NCBI RefSeq assembly: GCF_006345805.1 | Contig: NW_021823805.1 | Span: forward strand, 1 to 21,581 | Direction of reading: 5' to 3' | DNA length: 21,581 nt | From: Octopus sinensis | Taxonomy: Eukaryota | In this document: in pieces, positions 1 to 10,340 of the stretch | How the letters are laid out: every line of letters starts with the position of its first letter | Position numbering within the stretch: position 1 is the first letter of the stretch | Made by a program: the position numbers and the translations under genes | The notes under the pieces: model-generated | Told to the model about the DNA's origin: nothing | The model's database searches: none | What the model saw: only the letters and a program-made list of their open reading frames with translations

Positions 1-410
1 GATAACTGTTAATACCTAGTACTGATGCTGTAGTCTCCTTTAGAGAGATTTAGAAATTATAATATTTCTACTTTTGAAAACAAGTGGATGTGTTCTATTT
101 CGAACAAACAGTCAACAGCGACATCTGCTGCGTTCGGCCAATCCAGATTCATAAGGGGCATATACCCCGAAACTAGTCTGTGGTTGCTTGAACCAGCATG
201 GGGAAGCTGATGACCTACCCTGTTTGAAGGTTGTAATGGACACAGGTTTGTGTGTCACATAGCTAGCTAGATGCGATGGTCTCTTGGAGCTAATCATCCG
301 CCGCATTCGTCCTCTTTTTCTGGACTGCCATATTAGCTTGGCGATAACTATTAATATCCAGTACTGCTGACGTAGTCTCCTTTAGAGAGATTTCGAAATA
401 ATAATATTTA
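1..410. repeat. Imperfect ~70-bp direct repeat pair (1-68 and 343-410), probably part of a larger interspersed repeat cut by the window edge
   Basis: gataactgttaatacctagtactgatgctgtagtctcctttagagagatttagaaattataatattt vs gataactattaatatccagtactgctgacgtagtctcctttagagagatttcgaaataataatattt; period 342 bp. Confidence 0.8.
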
Positions 411-671
411 TATTTATATTTGTTCCTAGTTTCAATAAGATCTCATGATGCATATAACATTAATTATTAAAAAGGTCTAAATTCGAGACAAAGACTAAGC
501 GTAATTAGATAATGCCATTACTAGATGATATAACAAAATCTGCCCGGAAATATTGACTCCAAATTGATATAATTACGCTTAATTAAAATCACTCAGAATT
601 AATGAAAACAGAAAACTTGGATACGAGAAGTCTCAACACCGGGAGCGGGTTTATAGTAATTATATGAGATT

Positions 672-700
672 TTAGGTTAGGGTTAGGGTTAGGGTTAGGG
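672..700 (+). repeat. Short interstitial telomeric tract ttagg(TTAGGG)4
   Basis: Four perfect TTAGGG units at 677-700. Confidence 0.9.
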
Positions 701-812
701 CTACGTTACCCTTGTAAGGAAATGGCGAGTGAGATATTAGTATTCTTGTAAGACAATATGAACATTGTGGGAGGATGTCCTTAAGCTGATGAAAGAAAAT
801 TAGTCATTAAAT

Positions 813-1227
813 GCACAGGAGTGGCTGTGTGGTAAGTAGCTTGCTTACCAACCACATGGCTCCGGGTTCAGTCCCACTGCGTGGCATCTTGGGCAAGTGT
901 CTTCTACTATAGCCTCGGGCCGACCAAAACCTTGTGAGTGGATTTGGTAGACGGAAACTGAAAGAAGCCTGTTGTATATATGTATATATATGTATGTGTG
1001 TGTATATGTTTGTGCGTCTGTGTTTGTCCCCCTAGCATTGCTTGACAACCGATGCTGGTGTGTTTACGTCCCGACACTTAGCGGTTCGGCAAAAGAGACC
1101 GATAGAATAAGTACTGGGCTTAAAAAGAATAAGTTCCGGGGTCGATTTGCTCGACTAAAGGTGGTGCTCCAGCATGGCCGCAGTCAAATGACTGAAACAA
1201 GTAAAAGAGTAAAAGAGAGTAAAGAGA
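813..1227 (+). mobile_element. tRNA-headed SINE, family A (head + internal TA/TG microsatellite + tail), full length
   Basis: A-box-like TGGCTGTGTGG and B-box-like GGTTCAGTCCC; simple-repeat tail (gtaaaaga)n; closely similar copies at 6505-6869, 14576-15445 and 18545-18958. Confidence 0.92.
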
Positions 1228-1275
1228 ATAATACAATACTGCATTCCAACGTTGAATTGTTGGATATAATGTCTT

Positions 1276-1380
1276 GCGGCATTTGTTCCGATTCGCTGCA
1301 CTCTGAGTTCGTATCCTGCCAAGGTCGCCTTATGACTTTCTTTTCTTCAAGGTCGATAAATGAAGTACTTGTAAGTACTA
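1276..1380 (+). mobile_element. Old degenerate fragment of SINE family C
   Basis: ctctgagttcgtatcctgccaaggtcg...aaggtcgataaatgaagtac aligns loosely with the unit at 2821-2939 and 20705-20874. Confidence 0.5.
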
Positions 1381-2033
1381 TGAGAAAGATTCTAATTCTC
1401 CTCTCTCTACCCCTCCCCCTCTCTCTATGTTTCTTTCAATATCTCACTTTCGTTTCTCGGGGTCGGCTACGTTTCGCCGTGAGAAGATTCAAGGAAGACT
1501 GCTCACACAATTGTTTTTTTGTTTTTCTATCACCGGAAATTAAAGACCTGAAGTAGAATGGAGCAAGCGATAAGCAACTTTTTCTCATAGAGCAATTTAC
1601 AGATATTTATATATAGACACATACAGACAAGCGTGTATATATATACATACATATATATATAATATATATGTAAAGGATATATATATCATGTGTGTATATG
1701 TATGTGTATATGTATGTTTATATATGTGTTTTTGTTAAAGGAATTAAGACTATTATCGCGTAAAACATTACTAATCAACCGATTAAAGTTGTTGTCGAAA
1801 TAATTTGCAGCGTTTGTTAAAGCTCCTCCCGTTTTGATTTCAAATCCTACTGATGTTTGATCGGCATTTTTTTTTCTTTCCAAGTACTATGATTAAAAGA
1901 CCAGTATGTTTTTTCGCAGTATGTTCTTATGATGATATGGCATGACTCGAATGGGATTTAGCTACTAACTTCCATAGATCGAATGATTCTACAGTGGCTC
2001 CTTCCTTGACTCGATGTTTACACAAGATCACAT

Positions 2034-2411
2034 GGAGGCGCAATGGCCCAGTGGTTAGGGCAGCGGACTCGCGGTCGTAGGATCGCGGTTTCGATTCCTA
2101 GACCGGGCGTTGTGAGTGTTTATTGAGCGAAAACACCTAAAGCTCCACGCGGCTCCGGCAGGGGACGGTGATCCCTGCTGTACTCTTTCACCACAACTTT
2201 CTCTCACTCTTACTTCCTGTTTCTGTTGTACCTATATTTCAAAGGGCCGGCCTTGTCACTCTCTGTGTCACGCTGAATATCCCCGAGAACTACGTTAAGG
2301 GTACACGTGTCTGTGGAGTGCTCAGCCACTTACACGTTAATTTCATGAGCAGGCTGTTCCGTTGATCGGATCAACCGGAACCCTCGTCGTCGTAACCGAC
2401 GGAGTGCTTAC
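2034..2411 (+). mobile_element. tRNA-derived SINE, family B, full length, with perfect 14-bp target-site duplication
   Basis: tRNA-like head GGCGCAATGGCCCAGTGGTTAGGGC...GGTTTCGATTCC (A and B boxes); TSD ACACAAGATCACAT at 2020-2033 and 2412-2425; related copies at 10063-10282 and 17590-17660. Confidence 0.95.
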
Positions 2412-2530
2412 ACACAAGATCACATATATACATGAAGAGGAACGTCAGCCGTGTCTTTCTACAAAGCATTGGCAAAGCTAGACAAGAATGTTTCTTTGTT
2501 GCTCTCTGACACTTGCTAATATTTTCGGTT

Positions 2531-2983
2531 AAGGCGGAGAGTTGACAGAATCGTTAGGACGCCGAGAAAAATACTTAGCAGCATTTCGTCTGTCTTTACG
2601 TTTTGAGTTCAAATACCTATTTCTTTACTACCCACAAGGGTCTACACACAGAGGGGACAAACAAGGACAGGCATACAGATTAAGTCGATTATATCGACCC
2701 CAGTACGTAACCGGTTCTTATTTAATCGACCCCGAAAGGATGAAAGGCAAAGTCGACCTCGGCGGAATTTGAACTGAGAACGTAGAGATAGACGAAATAC
2801 CGCTAAGCATTTCGCCCGGCGGTATTTCGTCTGTCTCTACGTTCTGAGTTCAAATACCACCGAGATCGACTTTGACTTTCATCCTGTTGGGGTCGATAAA
2901 TTAAGTACCAACTGAGCACTGGGATCGATGTAATCGACTCACCCCCTCCCCGAAACTGCTGGGGCTATGTCAAAATTTGAAAC
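2531..2983 (+). mobile_element. SINE family C copy containing an inverted copy of the same family (2611-2820, - strand)
   Basis: Core gcctttcatcctttcggggtcgat.aa.taag.acc present on both strands; same unit occurs three times at 20705-21220. Confidence 0.85.
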
Positions 2984-4182
2984 AAATAATTTCCACTTGT
3001 TAGTGCTTAGTCATTTCTCATGATCAAAAACATTCCACAAAAGACCATCCAATCTCATTCTATCATTTTAGATACATCCAATGTATCAGTTTTTTTCTGT
3101 AATGGCAGGGGGTGATTTAATTTCAAATTTGGCAGTAGAGGCCATTCAGTTAGATTTAGATTACTTTTTTTGCCTTTGATAAGATCGATAGCACACCTTA
3201 TATTCAATATATTTGAGGGAGAAACGCACTGTGATATCCCTGCCTTTACAAAGAGCATCATTAGCGGAAGTGACGTAATCGATTTTGAACACTTAATTGA
3301 TATCGAAACCTTATCCTTCCTTTATGACACGATTCTCTCTTTTCTCTTGCATTTAAAATAAAATGTTATTGAAGTTAATGCAATCATCAGTTTCTTTCAG
3401 GTAATTAAATTCATCTTTAGAGATGAAAAAGTGTTTTTATATTTACTTCTATCTTATGATTCGAAAGTTTTCGATTTTCGATCCTCACGAGGTGTTCTAT
3501 TCGTGGATATGTACGTGTTACCGAACTGAATTCGAACACAGAACCCCTGTTTCTGAACAAATGGAAAACCGCTGTTATTCAGCATGCCACACTGACACAC
3601 GTACATTTCATTTAAGTGAGTTTTTCTCTCTTTTTTATTTTATTTTATTTTTATTTTCTCTTCTCTTTCACAGTCGGCAATTTTAGTCTGTGTTAATCAA
3701 CAACTGATAATCTAATAAACTGGGTTATCTTTTGGATTATAAAATAAATTAAGCAAGAAAAGGAGGAAGAACAGAAAGAATAAAAAAAAACAAGAATAAC
3801 TAGATAAAAAACGGAGGAAACAAAAACAAAAATGAACCCAAAAATACTTTAAAAGCCCTTTCTTAAATAAAAGGGTTTAATAAAATTAGCAGAGCTTGTG
3901 AAACATGGGTGTCGAACAAATGAACGTTATTGTTAAAATGCAAATGCGATTTCCTGTCAACTGTGGGCAGGCGAAAGTAGGTAAAATTATGATTTCCGGT
4001 CATTGTGGCGACTAAATGCATCATGGGTAATTGATTATGTCAATGAAGTGTGATGTATCAGTTCACAGGTGCAACCCCGCCTGACACGGAATGCATTGTT
4101 CGTAAGCAACTAACATAACAGATGGAGACATGTGCTCGGTTTGTTTCGGGGAAACAAGTGGATCACTTGTAAACAGATTGCT

Positions 4183-4197
4183 CTATCTATCTATCTG

Positions 4198-4230
<33 letters not shown>

Positions 4231-4263
4231 ATCTATCTTCTATCTATCTATCTATCATCTCTA

Positions 4264-4321
<58 letters not shown>

Positions 4322-4416
4322 CTATCTATCTATCTATATCTATCTATCTATCTCTCTCTCTCTCTATATATATATATATACACACACATACATATACACA
4401 CACTATATATATAATC

Positions 4417-4468
<52 letters not shown>
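4183..4468. repeat. Compound microsatellite (TATC)n/(TC)n/(TA)n/(CA)n
   Basis: Read directly; explains the SIYL/LSIY ORFs. Confidence 0.97.
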
Positions 4469-4472
<4 letters not shown>

Positions 4473-4722
4473 GTAGGGAATATAATTCCAAAACTTACAG
4501 GGAAAAATTCATTTAGCAATTTTAAATCAAATTTCACAATATAAAATATAATGAAAGATGTTATTCACACCATGTAGAAAACATACTGTAAAAATTACTA
4601 CTATTTACTATTTATTGTACTTTATTGATCTTTAGAATACGGTTTTTTATAGTATATGTTTTCTATATGGTATGAATACCATCTTTATTGAATTATTTAA
4701 TAGATGGTTTTTCTCTAAATTA
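4469..4722 (-). mobile_element. (TA)n-flanked partly self-inverted element, putative Penelope-like pseudo-LTR remnant (diverged subfamily)
   Basis: Terminus agggaatataattccaaaacttacagggaaaaat is a near reverse complement of the tails at 7964-7994 and 15107-15137; internal inverted repeat 4554-4594 / 4644-4686. Confidence 0.6.
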
Positions 4723-4920
4723 TACACACACACACACACACACACACACTATATATATATATATATATATATAGGAATCCTGCAGCAGAAATTCATAAAC
4801 GTGTATACACATACATACATTCATTCATACATACATACATACATACATACATACATACATACATACATACATACATACAACATACATACAAACATACATA
4901 CATACATACATACATGTATA
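4723..4920. repeat. Microsatellites (CA)n, (TA)n, (TACA)n
   Basis: Read directly. Confidence 0.95.
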
Positions 4921-5138
4921 CGATGGGGGTGCTGTAAAGTTTCTGGGTTTAAGGGTGTTGCGAAAGTCCTGGCTGGAGGCCCAACCTTCTTAGTTCTTTT
5001 ACAGTGCTCAGAAAAACTGAGGGACCGTTACAATAAGTGTGTGTATCTGAGAGGTCAAGACATGGAATAAATTCATAATTCTCTGATCCTCCTGCATTTT
5101 CTTTTACACAAAGCCAGGAACTTTTCATCACCCTCTCA
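4921..5138 (+). mobile_element. Internally deleted mariner element (MITE-sized)
   Basis: TA on both sides; imperfect ~29-bp TIRs cgatgggggtgctgtaaagtttctgggttt / aaagccaggaacttttcatcaccctctca; retains KLRDRYNKCVYLRGQDME*, resembling the mariner transposase C-terminus (RWxKCVxxxGDYVE). Confidence 0.85.
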
Positions 5139-5162
5139 TATAAATGTATCTATATGCACACA

Positions 5163-5198
<36 letters not shown>

Positions 5199-5557
5199 TC
5201 ACTGCTTATGATCCCTGTCCTCGCCCCAACGTGTATTAAGGTTCAAAGAGCTGTAGTGTCCTTTTTTGCTCTTAATCTCTCCGTGTAGCTTATAAGCAAC
5301 ATAGAATCTATCTTCTTTGTTTATTGGCTTTGTACTGATTCGGGTCCCGCAGTTATTTTGGATCTTTACCTTTTGACCGACAGATTTAAACAATATTTTT
5401 TTGTAACTAAACACTTTCAAACTTCGTATACTTGTAGAATGTGTCACATAAAACATCTTTTACTCTTAACATTTTTGAGAAAATTCTGTATTTTTGAAGT
5501 TATTTTTTGTCAAAGTTGTCGTATTTCGGTCATTTCTACCAATCAATGACGTGTATT

Positions 5558-6036
5558 CAGCTGAATAAAATTACACTGTTGTTTATCAACAACAACTTCC
5601 GGCGGTATATATGTCATTTGTCACTGTTATTTATGACATATTTCATCTCAGTTTCGTTCGTATGAATAATCGAGTGTATCTGAGGCATGTTTATTTTATG
5701 GCACCACCATACCATAATCGTTCGTGCTTCATTTTTCATTTTTTTTCCGTAACTCTAACCTTAAAACCCCAACCCTAACCCTAAAACCTTAACCCTAACC
5801 CTAAACCTAACTCTAAAACCCTAACCCTAAAACCAAGCCCTAATCCTAGAAACCTGTCCCTAAAACACTAACATTATCCATAACCCTAAACCCTTAAACC
5901 TAACACCCTAACCCTAAACCCTTAAAGCTAAAACCAGTACAAACGCACGAACGATGTCATAAATAACAGGGACAAACAAAAAATACACCGTCGATAGTTG
6001 TTGTTGACAAACAACAGCAGTAATTTTATTCAGCTG
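5558..6036. mobile_element. Foldback non-autonomous DNA element with ~82-bp inverted repeats enclosing a degenerate (CCCTAA)n array; may extend left to about 5340
   Basis: 5558-5639 (cagctgaataaaattac...ttatttatgacat) pairs with 5954-6036 (atgtcataaataa...gtaattttattcagctg). Confidence 0.75.
5750..5935 (-). repeat. Degenerate telomeric-type array (CCCTAA, CCTAAA, CCCTAAAA variants)
   Basis: Runs such as aaccctaaccctaaaaccttaaccctaaccctaaacc. Confidence 0.9.
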
Positions 6037-6504
6037 TATTTGTATGTATGTTTGTATTTACGTAGATATACATGTAATTTTAGTTGTGCGGTTTTATACA
6101 TGTGTTCGTTTCGCAAGCTAAACGAAGTATCTAACCTTCTTTAGATACTTTTCGAATGCCATCATTTCACACCCTACTCCTATCTATTTCTTATATTTCC
6201 CTCTCTAATTTTCTGTTTCTCTTTCGTGTATTTCTTTTTTCTTCCTTTCCACGGTCTTCTCTCCCCCCCCCCCACGCAAACACTTTTTATTCTCTGTTTT
6301 TTCCTTCTCTTTCTTTCGCCTGTAACAACTAACTTGTATAAGCATACGCCAGGATATTTTGTGCGCGTGAGCCTGTGTGCGTGCATACATATATGTGCAT
6401 TTGCACATATATATGTCTTGCCTATATATGTCTGTATATGTATGTAGCCAAGTTCCTGCATCTGTATGTTTAGTGTATATACATATATTATAGATCGTTT
6501 GGTA

Positions 6505-6869
6505 TCTCTCTCTTTTACTCTTTTACTTGTTTCAGTCATTTGAGTGCGGCCATGCTGGAGCACCGCCTTTAATCGAGCAACTCGACCCCGGGACTTATTC
6601 TTTTGTAAGCCCAGTACTTATTCTATCGGTCTCTTTTGCCGAACCGCTAAGTAACGGGGACGCAAGCACACCAGCATCGGTTGTCAAGCAATGTTGGGGG
6701 GACTCTCACACACACATATATATACATACATATATACGACAGGCTTCTTTCAGTTTCTATCTACCAAATCCACTCACAAGGCTTTGGTCGGCCCGAGGCT
6801 ATAGTTCAGTGGGACTGAACCCGGAACCATGTGGTTGGTAAGCAAGGTACTTACCACACAGCTACTCCT
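6505..6869 (-). mobile_element. SINE family A with an internal deletion of roughly 25 bp in the head
   Basis: Reverse complement of 813-1227; jumps from gaggctatag to cagtgggactgaacc. Confidence 0.92.
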
Positions 6870-7516
6870 ATTGCTGCATGTATACGTAATCTAAGCGTGA
6901 AAAATTTTTAAACGGATATATATTTTAAGTTATTAATTCATTAATATTTTACAGCTAATTATTTACCCTGGGTATTCAGGCCTTTTCCTTCTTTATAAGC
7001 TATTTTTGATTTAAGGTTCTCTTCGATTTTTATAATAAAATTATTTTAAACCGCAATTTGTTATTGCATGCAACCGGTTATTGAAAAGACCGTTAGCTGA
7101 AAGGACCAATGAAACAAAACCATTTTCAAATGTGTATCTATCAAACTAATTGTATATTTATGCATATAACCTTATTTTGATTCCATTCTAAACAAAACTG
7201 GCCGACGAACGGGAACGTGAAAATCTGAGTAACAGTTTTGTAATATTTTTGCTGCTTTTTAATAAAGTATATATATGTGTGGTGTATATGTATATACACT
7301 GCCGTATGCACACGTGTTTGATCATGTGTATCCTAAAGACTCTACGTTGCTGATTATTCTTTTCGATAAATCTTGTGTTTTGATCTCGTCACCATTACGT
7401 AGGCGCGTGCAGGATGTACTGAGGCGTACATCCATACCACTAATTGCTGAAAAAGACGATGTAAAATAGGGAGCGAGAGAGAGAGAGAGGTTGGGTTATA
7501 AAGGGCTTTTTTCTAA

Positions 7517-7554
7517 CATATATATATATATATACATATATATATATGTATGTG

Positions 7555-7587
<33 letters not shown>

Positions 7588-7643
7588 CATATATATATAT
7601 AATATATATATATATACATATATATATAATATATATATATATA

Positions 7644-7710
<67 letters not shown>

Positions 7711-7722
7711 ATATATATATAT
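7517..7722. repeat. Compound (TA)n/(CA)n microsatellite
   Basis: Read directly. Confidence 0.97.
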
Positions 7723-8007
7723 TATATTAAATTAGAGACAAAACCACTATTAGGCAAATCAAACAATGAAAAACTTAAGCCAATACATAGTGATATTAAT
7801 TATATTTTTTAAATAATTTTGTTATATATTTAAATAATATAAATTAAATAATCTTATGTATTGGCTTAAGTTTTTCATTGTTTGATTTGCCTAATAGTGG
7901 TTTTGTCTCTAATTTGATATAATATAATATTTTACTATAAAATTGGATTCAATCCTAAATCTGATTTTTCCCTGTAAGTTTGGATTTATTCCCTAATATT
8001 TATTATT
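7723..8007 (+). mobile_element. (TA)n-flanked partly self-inverted element, putative Penelope-like pseudo-LTR remnant
   Basis: Left arm 7723-7789 is a near-perfect inverted copy of 7855-7921; unpaired 3' tail ends ...tttttccctgtaagtttggatttattccct; nearly identical to 14768-15150. Confidence 0.7.
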
Positions 8008-8520
8008 ATATATATATATATATACATATGTGTGTGTATGTATATATGTATGTATATTTCCTCCGATCGTATCCTTTCTCTTCCAAAATTTACTTCCTCA
8101 TCCTTTCCCCCCTCTATTCTCCATCTACTCGCGACTATTTCACTATTAATCTCTTTAACGTCCTCTAACGGATATTACACTTTCTCTGAGGAGCCTTAAA
8201 CAGCTTTAACCAGTTCAGTGTTTATCGCTCGTGGTTCCGCATCTCCCCCGCTGCCGCCGCCGCCGACGCTGCCTTCGCCGCTGAAATCAAAGTCTTTGTT
8301 TTCCATTTCTCCTGCATCTGCACATTTTAGTTTGAAAAAGAAAACGAGTTTTGGAAAAAAAAATGTCGCCTTCCACTCAAAATTTTACTCCCCCCACCAC
8401 CCATTTATTTCGTATGTTTAACTATAATTTTAAGCAGACGACCCCTTTCTCTCAGTTTAACTCTCGTCTATTGAGTTGATTAGAAATTATCATTACAATT
8501 ATGCAAATTCTTTTAAAGTT

Positions 8521-8705
8521 TCACTTGTTTCAGTCATTAGACTGCGGCCTTGCTAGGGCAACGCTTTGAAGAATTTTTTAGACGAATGAACTGACCTCGA
8601 TGCTTATTCTATCCATCTCATTTTGCGAAACACTAGTTGACGGGGATGTAAGCAACCCAACATCGGTTGGTAAGCAATGGTGGGAGAGAAACACACACAC
8701 ACGCT

Positions 8706-8754
<49 letters not shown>
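8521..8754 (-). mobile_element. Diverged 3' half of SINE family A plus its internal microsatellite
   Basis: acttgtttcagtcattagactgcggcc...caacatcggttggtaagcaatgg matches 6524-6700. Confidence 0.8.
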
Positions 8755-8760
<6 letters not shown>

Positions 8761-9281
8761 CATTTTACGAGGGCCGGTTTTACGAGGCCCTGGGTTCACG
8801 TGTTTTAATTTTCAACTCACTTTTGTATGGTGAGCTGACATGTTTAAAGCACACGATCCAAATTTTGAACGAAGTGCAAAAGTTTCTATATCCATTGCAA
8901 ATGCATCTGCATTTTACCGAGAAATTTATAGAGAGCGGGAAAATAGCTTCTTCTAAGTAAACAACTCTATACTTGTTGTTTTAAAAGAAATCTACTGGTC
9001 CATCTACAAGTGCTTGTGAATCGGTGATCTTGTCTACATGTGATGGTGTGCGTGAATCTACTGCAAGTAAAAGTGATTCAGAAAATGATTATAATAATAA
9101 TGATATTTTAAAATTATAATTAAGCTTGACATTCTTTTTAATTTACATATATTCTTTACATTCTAATATTGTTTTATTGCCATTTATTTACGAGTATTAT
9201 AAATTTCATAGGGGAACGAATTACGATTTATAACATTGTTACTATGGGGAATTATTGTTCTGGTATATCGAGACATTACTG
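8755..9281 (+). mobile_element. Internally deleted pogo/Tigger-type DNA transposon remnant
   Basis: From 8840 translates MFKAHDPNFERSAKVSISIANASAFYREIYRERE, matching the Tigger transposase C-terminal motif DPNFERS...CYREIF.ERK; right end cgagacattactg followed by TA; left TIR remnant atacctcattttacgag. Confidence 0.75.
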
Positions 9282-9440
9282 TATATATATCAATATATAT
9301 ATATATAAATTTAGACAGCGTTGAAGAGTTTTCAATCGAAAGTTGCTGATAAATGAGAAAATAAAGCTCCTAAGATATTCGTACTTGTTCTCATGCCAAT
9401 TGACTGAAACCATAAGTGAGTGAAATAACAAGTGAAATAT

Positions 9441-9554
9441 ACGACAGGCTTTTTTTCAGTAGAAGACAATTGCTCAAGGTGCCATGCAGTGGGACCATGT
9501 GTTTTGGAAGCATGTGTTTTGGAAGCAAACTTCGTTCCGCATGCCACGCCTGCA
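9441..9554 (-). mobile_element. Degenerate head of SINE family A with a 15-bp tandem duplication (catgtgttttggaag x2)
   Basis: gtagaagacaattgctcaaggtgccatgcagtgggac is similar to the reverse complement of the head at 14576-14735. Confidence 0.7.
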
Positions 9555-10062
9555 TTTAATTGTTTAGAAACATAAATGATTTTAAAATGTTCCATTTTCA
9601 AAAAAAAAAATTCTTTCGGGCATCTCAAACTCTTGGTCAGCAGAATTCCTTTGTCACTGGTTTTTCTGATTCAAAGTTCTCAATGATGAAGCGTGTATGC
9701 GGTCACTCATCCTGTTAGAAAAAGCAGACAATTCTTCCTCATATTATATACCTTGTCGTGTTAAGAGGGGAGAGAAACATTAGATAACCCAGTCCGGAGT
9801 TACTGTCTGTGTCTAAAAAAATACGGTTTATTTCATGTCTCTCGAAGTTTCTAAATTCTTATTACACACACACACACACACATGCTCAGTGATGGCTGAA
9901 ACTTCGAAGTCAATGTTAATTCTATTCCTGTTCCTTTTCCGTTAAAGAATGATAAATTTGTACTCTACAAAAATATGGAGTAATACTTCAAATTAATGTA
10001 AAATGTTTTTGTTATAACAGAACATAAAAGCAAACAGTTATACACACACACACACATATAGT

Positions 10063-10282
10063 GGGGGCGCGTGGCTTAAGGGTTAGGGCACTCGGCTCAC
10101 GATTGTAATTCAAACGGCCAGCCATGCTGCATTCTGAGTCACTCTGAATCTTCCTGAGAACTACATAAAGGGGTACGTGTATTTGTGGAGTGCTCAGCCA
10201 CTTGCACGTTAATTTCAAGAGCTGGCTGTTCCGATAATTGGATCAACTGGAACATTTGTCGTCGTAACTGACGAACTGCCAC
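10063..10282 (+). mobile_element. Internally deleted, diverged relative of SINE family B
   Basis: tRNA-like start ggcgcgtggcttaagggttaggg joined to a tail gagaactac...tggagtgctcagccactt...gtcgtcgtaactgacg similar to 2238-2408. Confidence 0.85.
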
Positions 10283-10300
10283 TTATGTGTTTGTGTGTGT

Positions 10301-10340
<40 letters not shown>

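Noticed and set aside
972-1556. 194-aa ORF and the similar ORFs at 6527, 13869, 18547 and 18602
   Set aside because: Translations of SINE and microsatellite sequence; the shared peptides reflect repeat homology.
2037-2108. tRNA gene (also 17590-17660 and the SINE A heads)
   Set aside because: Has A/B boxes but no proper cloverleaf; continues into a SINE body with a TSD.
4130-4425. Low-complexity Y/I/S/L/H/T ORFs here and at 7440-7735 and 19426-20159
   Set aside because: Read-through of stop-free microsatellites.
5750-5935. True telomere or chromosome-fusion site
   Set aside because: Short, degenerate, single orientation and enclosed by inverted repeats.
8244-8283. GC-rich polyproline ORF or CpG island
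   Set aside because: Only a short imperfect (GCC)n tract; too small and without coding support.
9690-9850. Additional ancient repeat shared with 1935-2010 and 14470-14530
   Set aside because: Similarity is visible but too weak to delimit without alignment.
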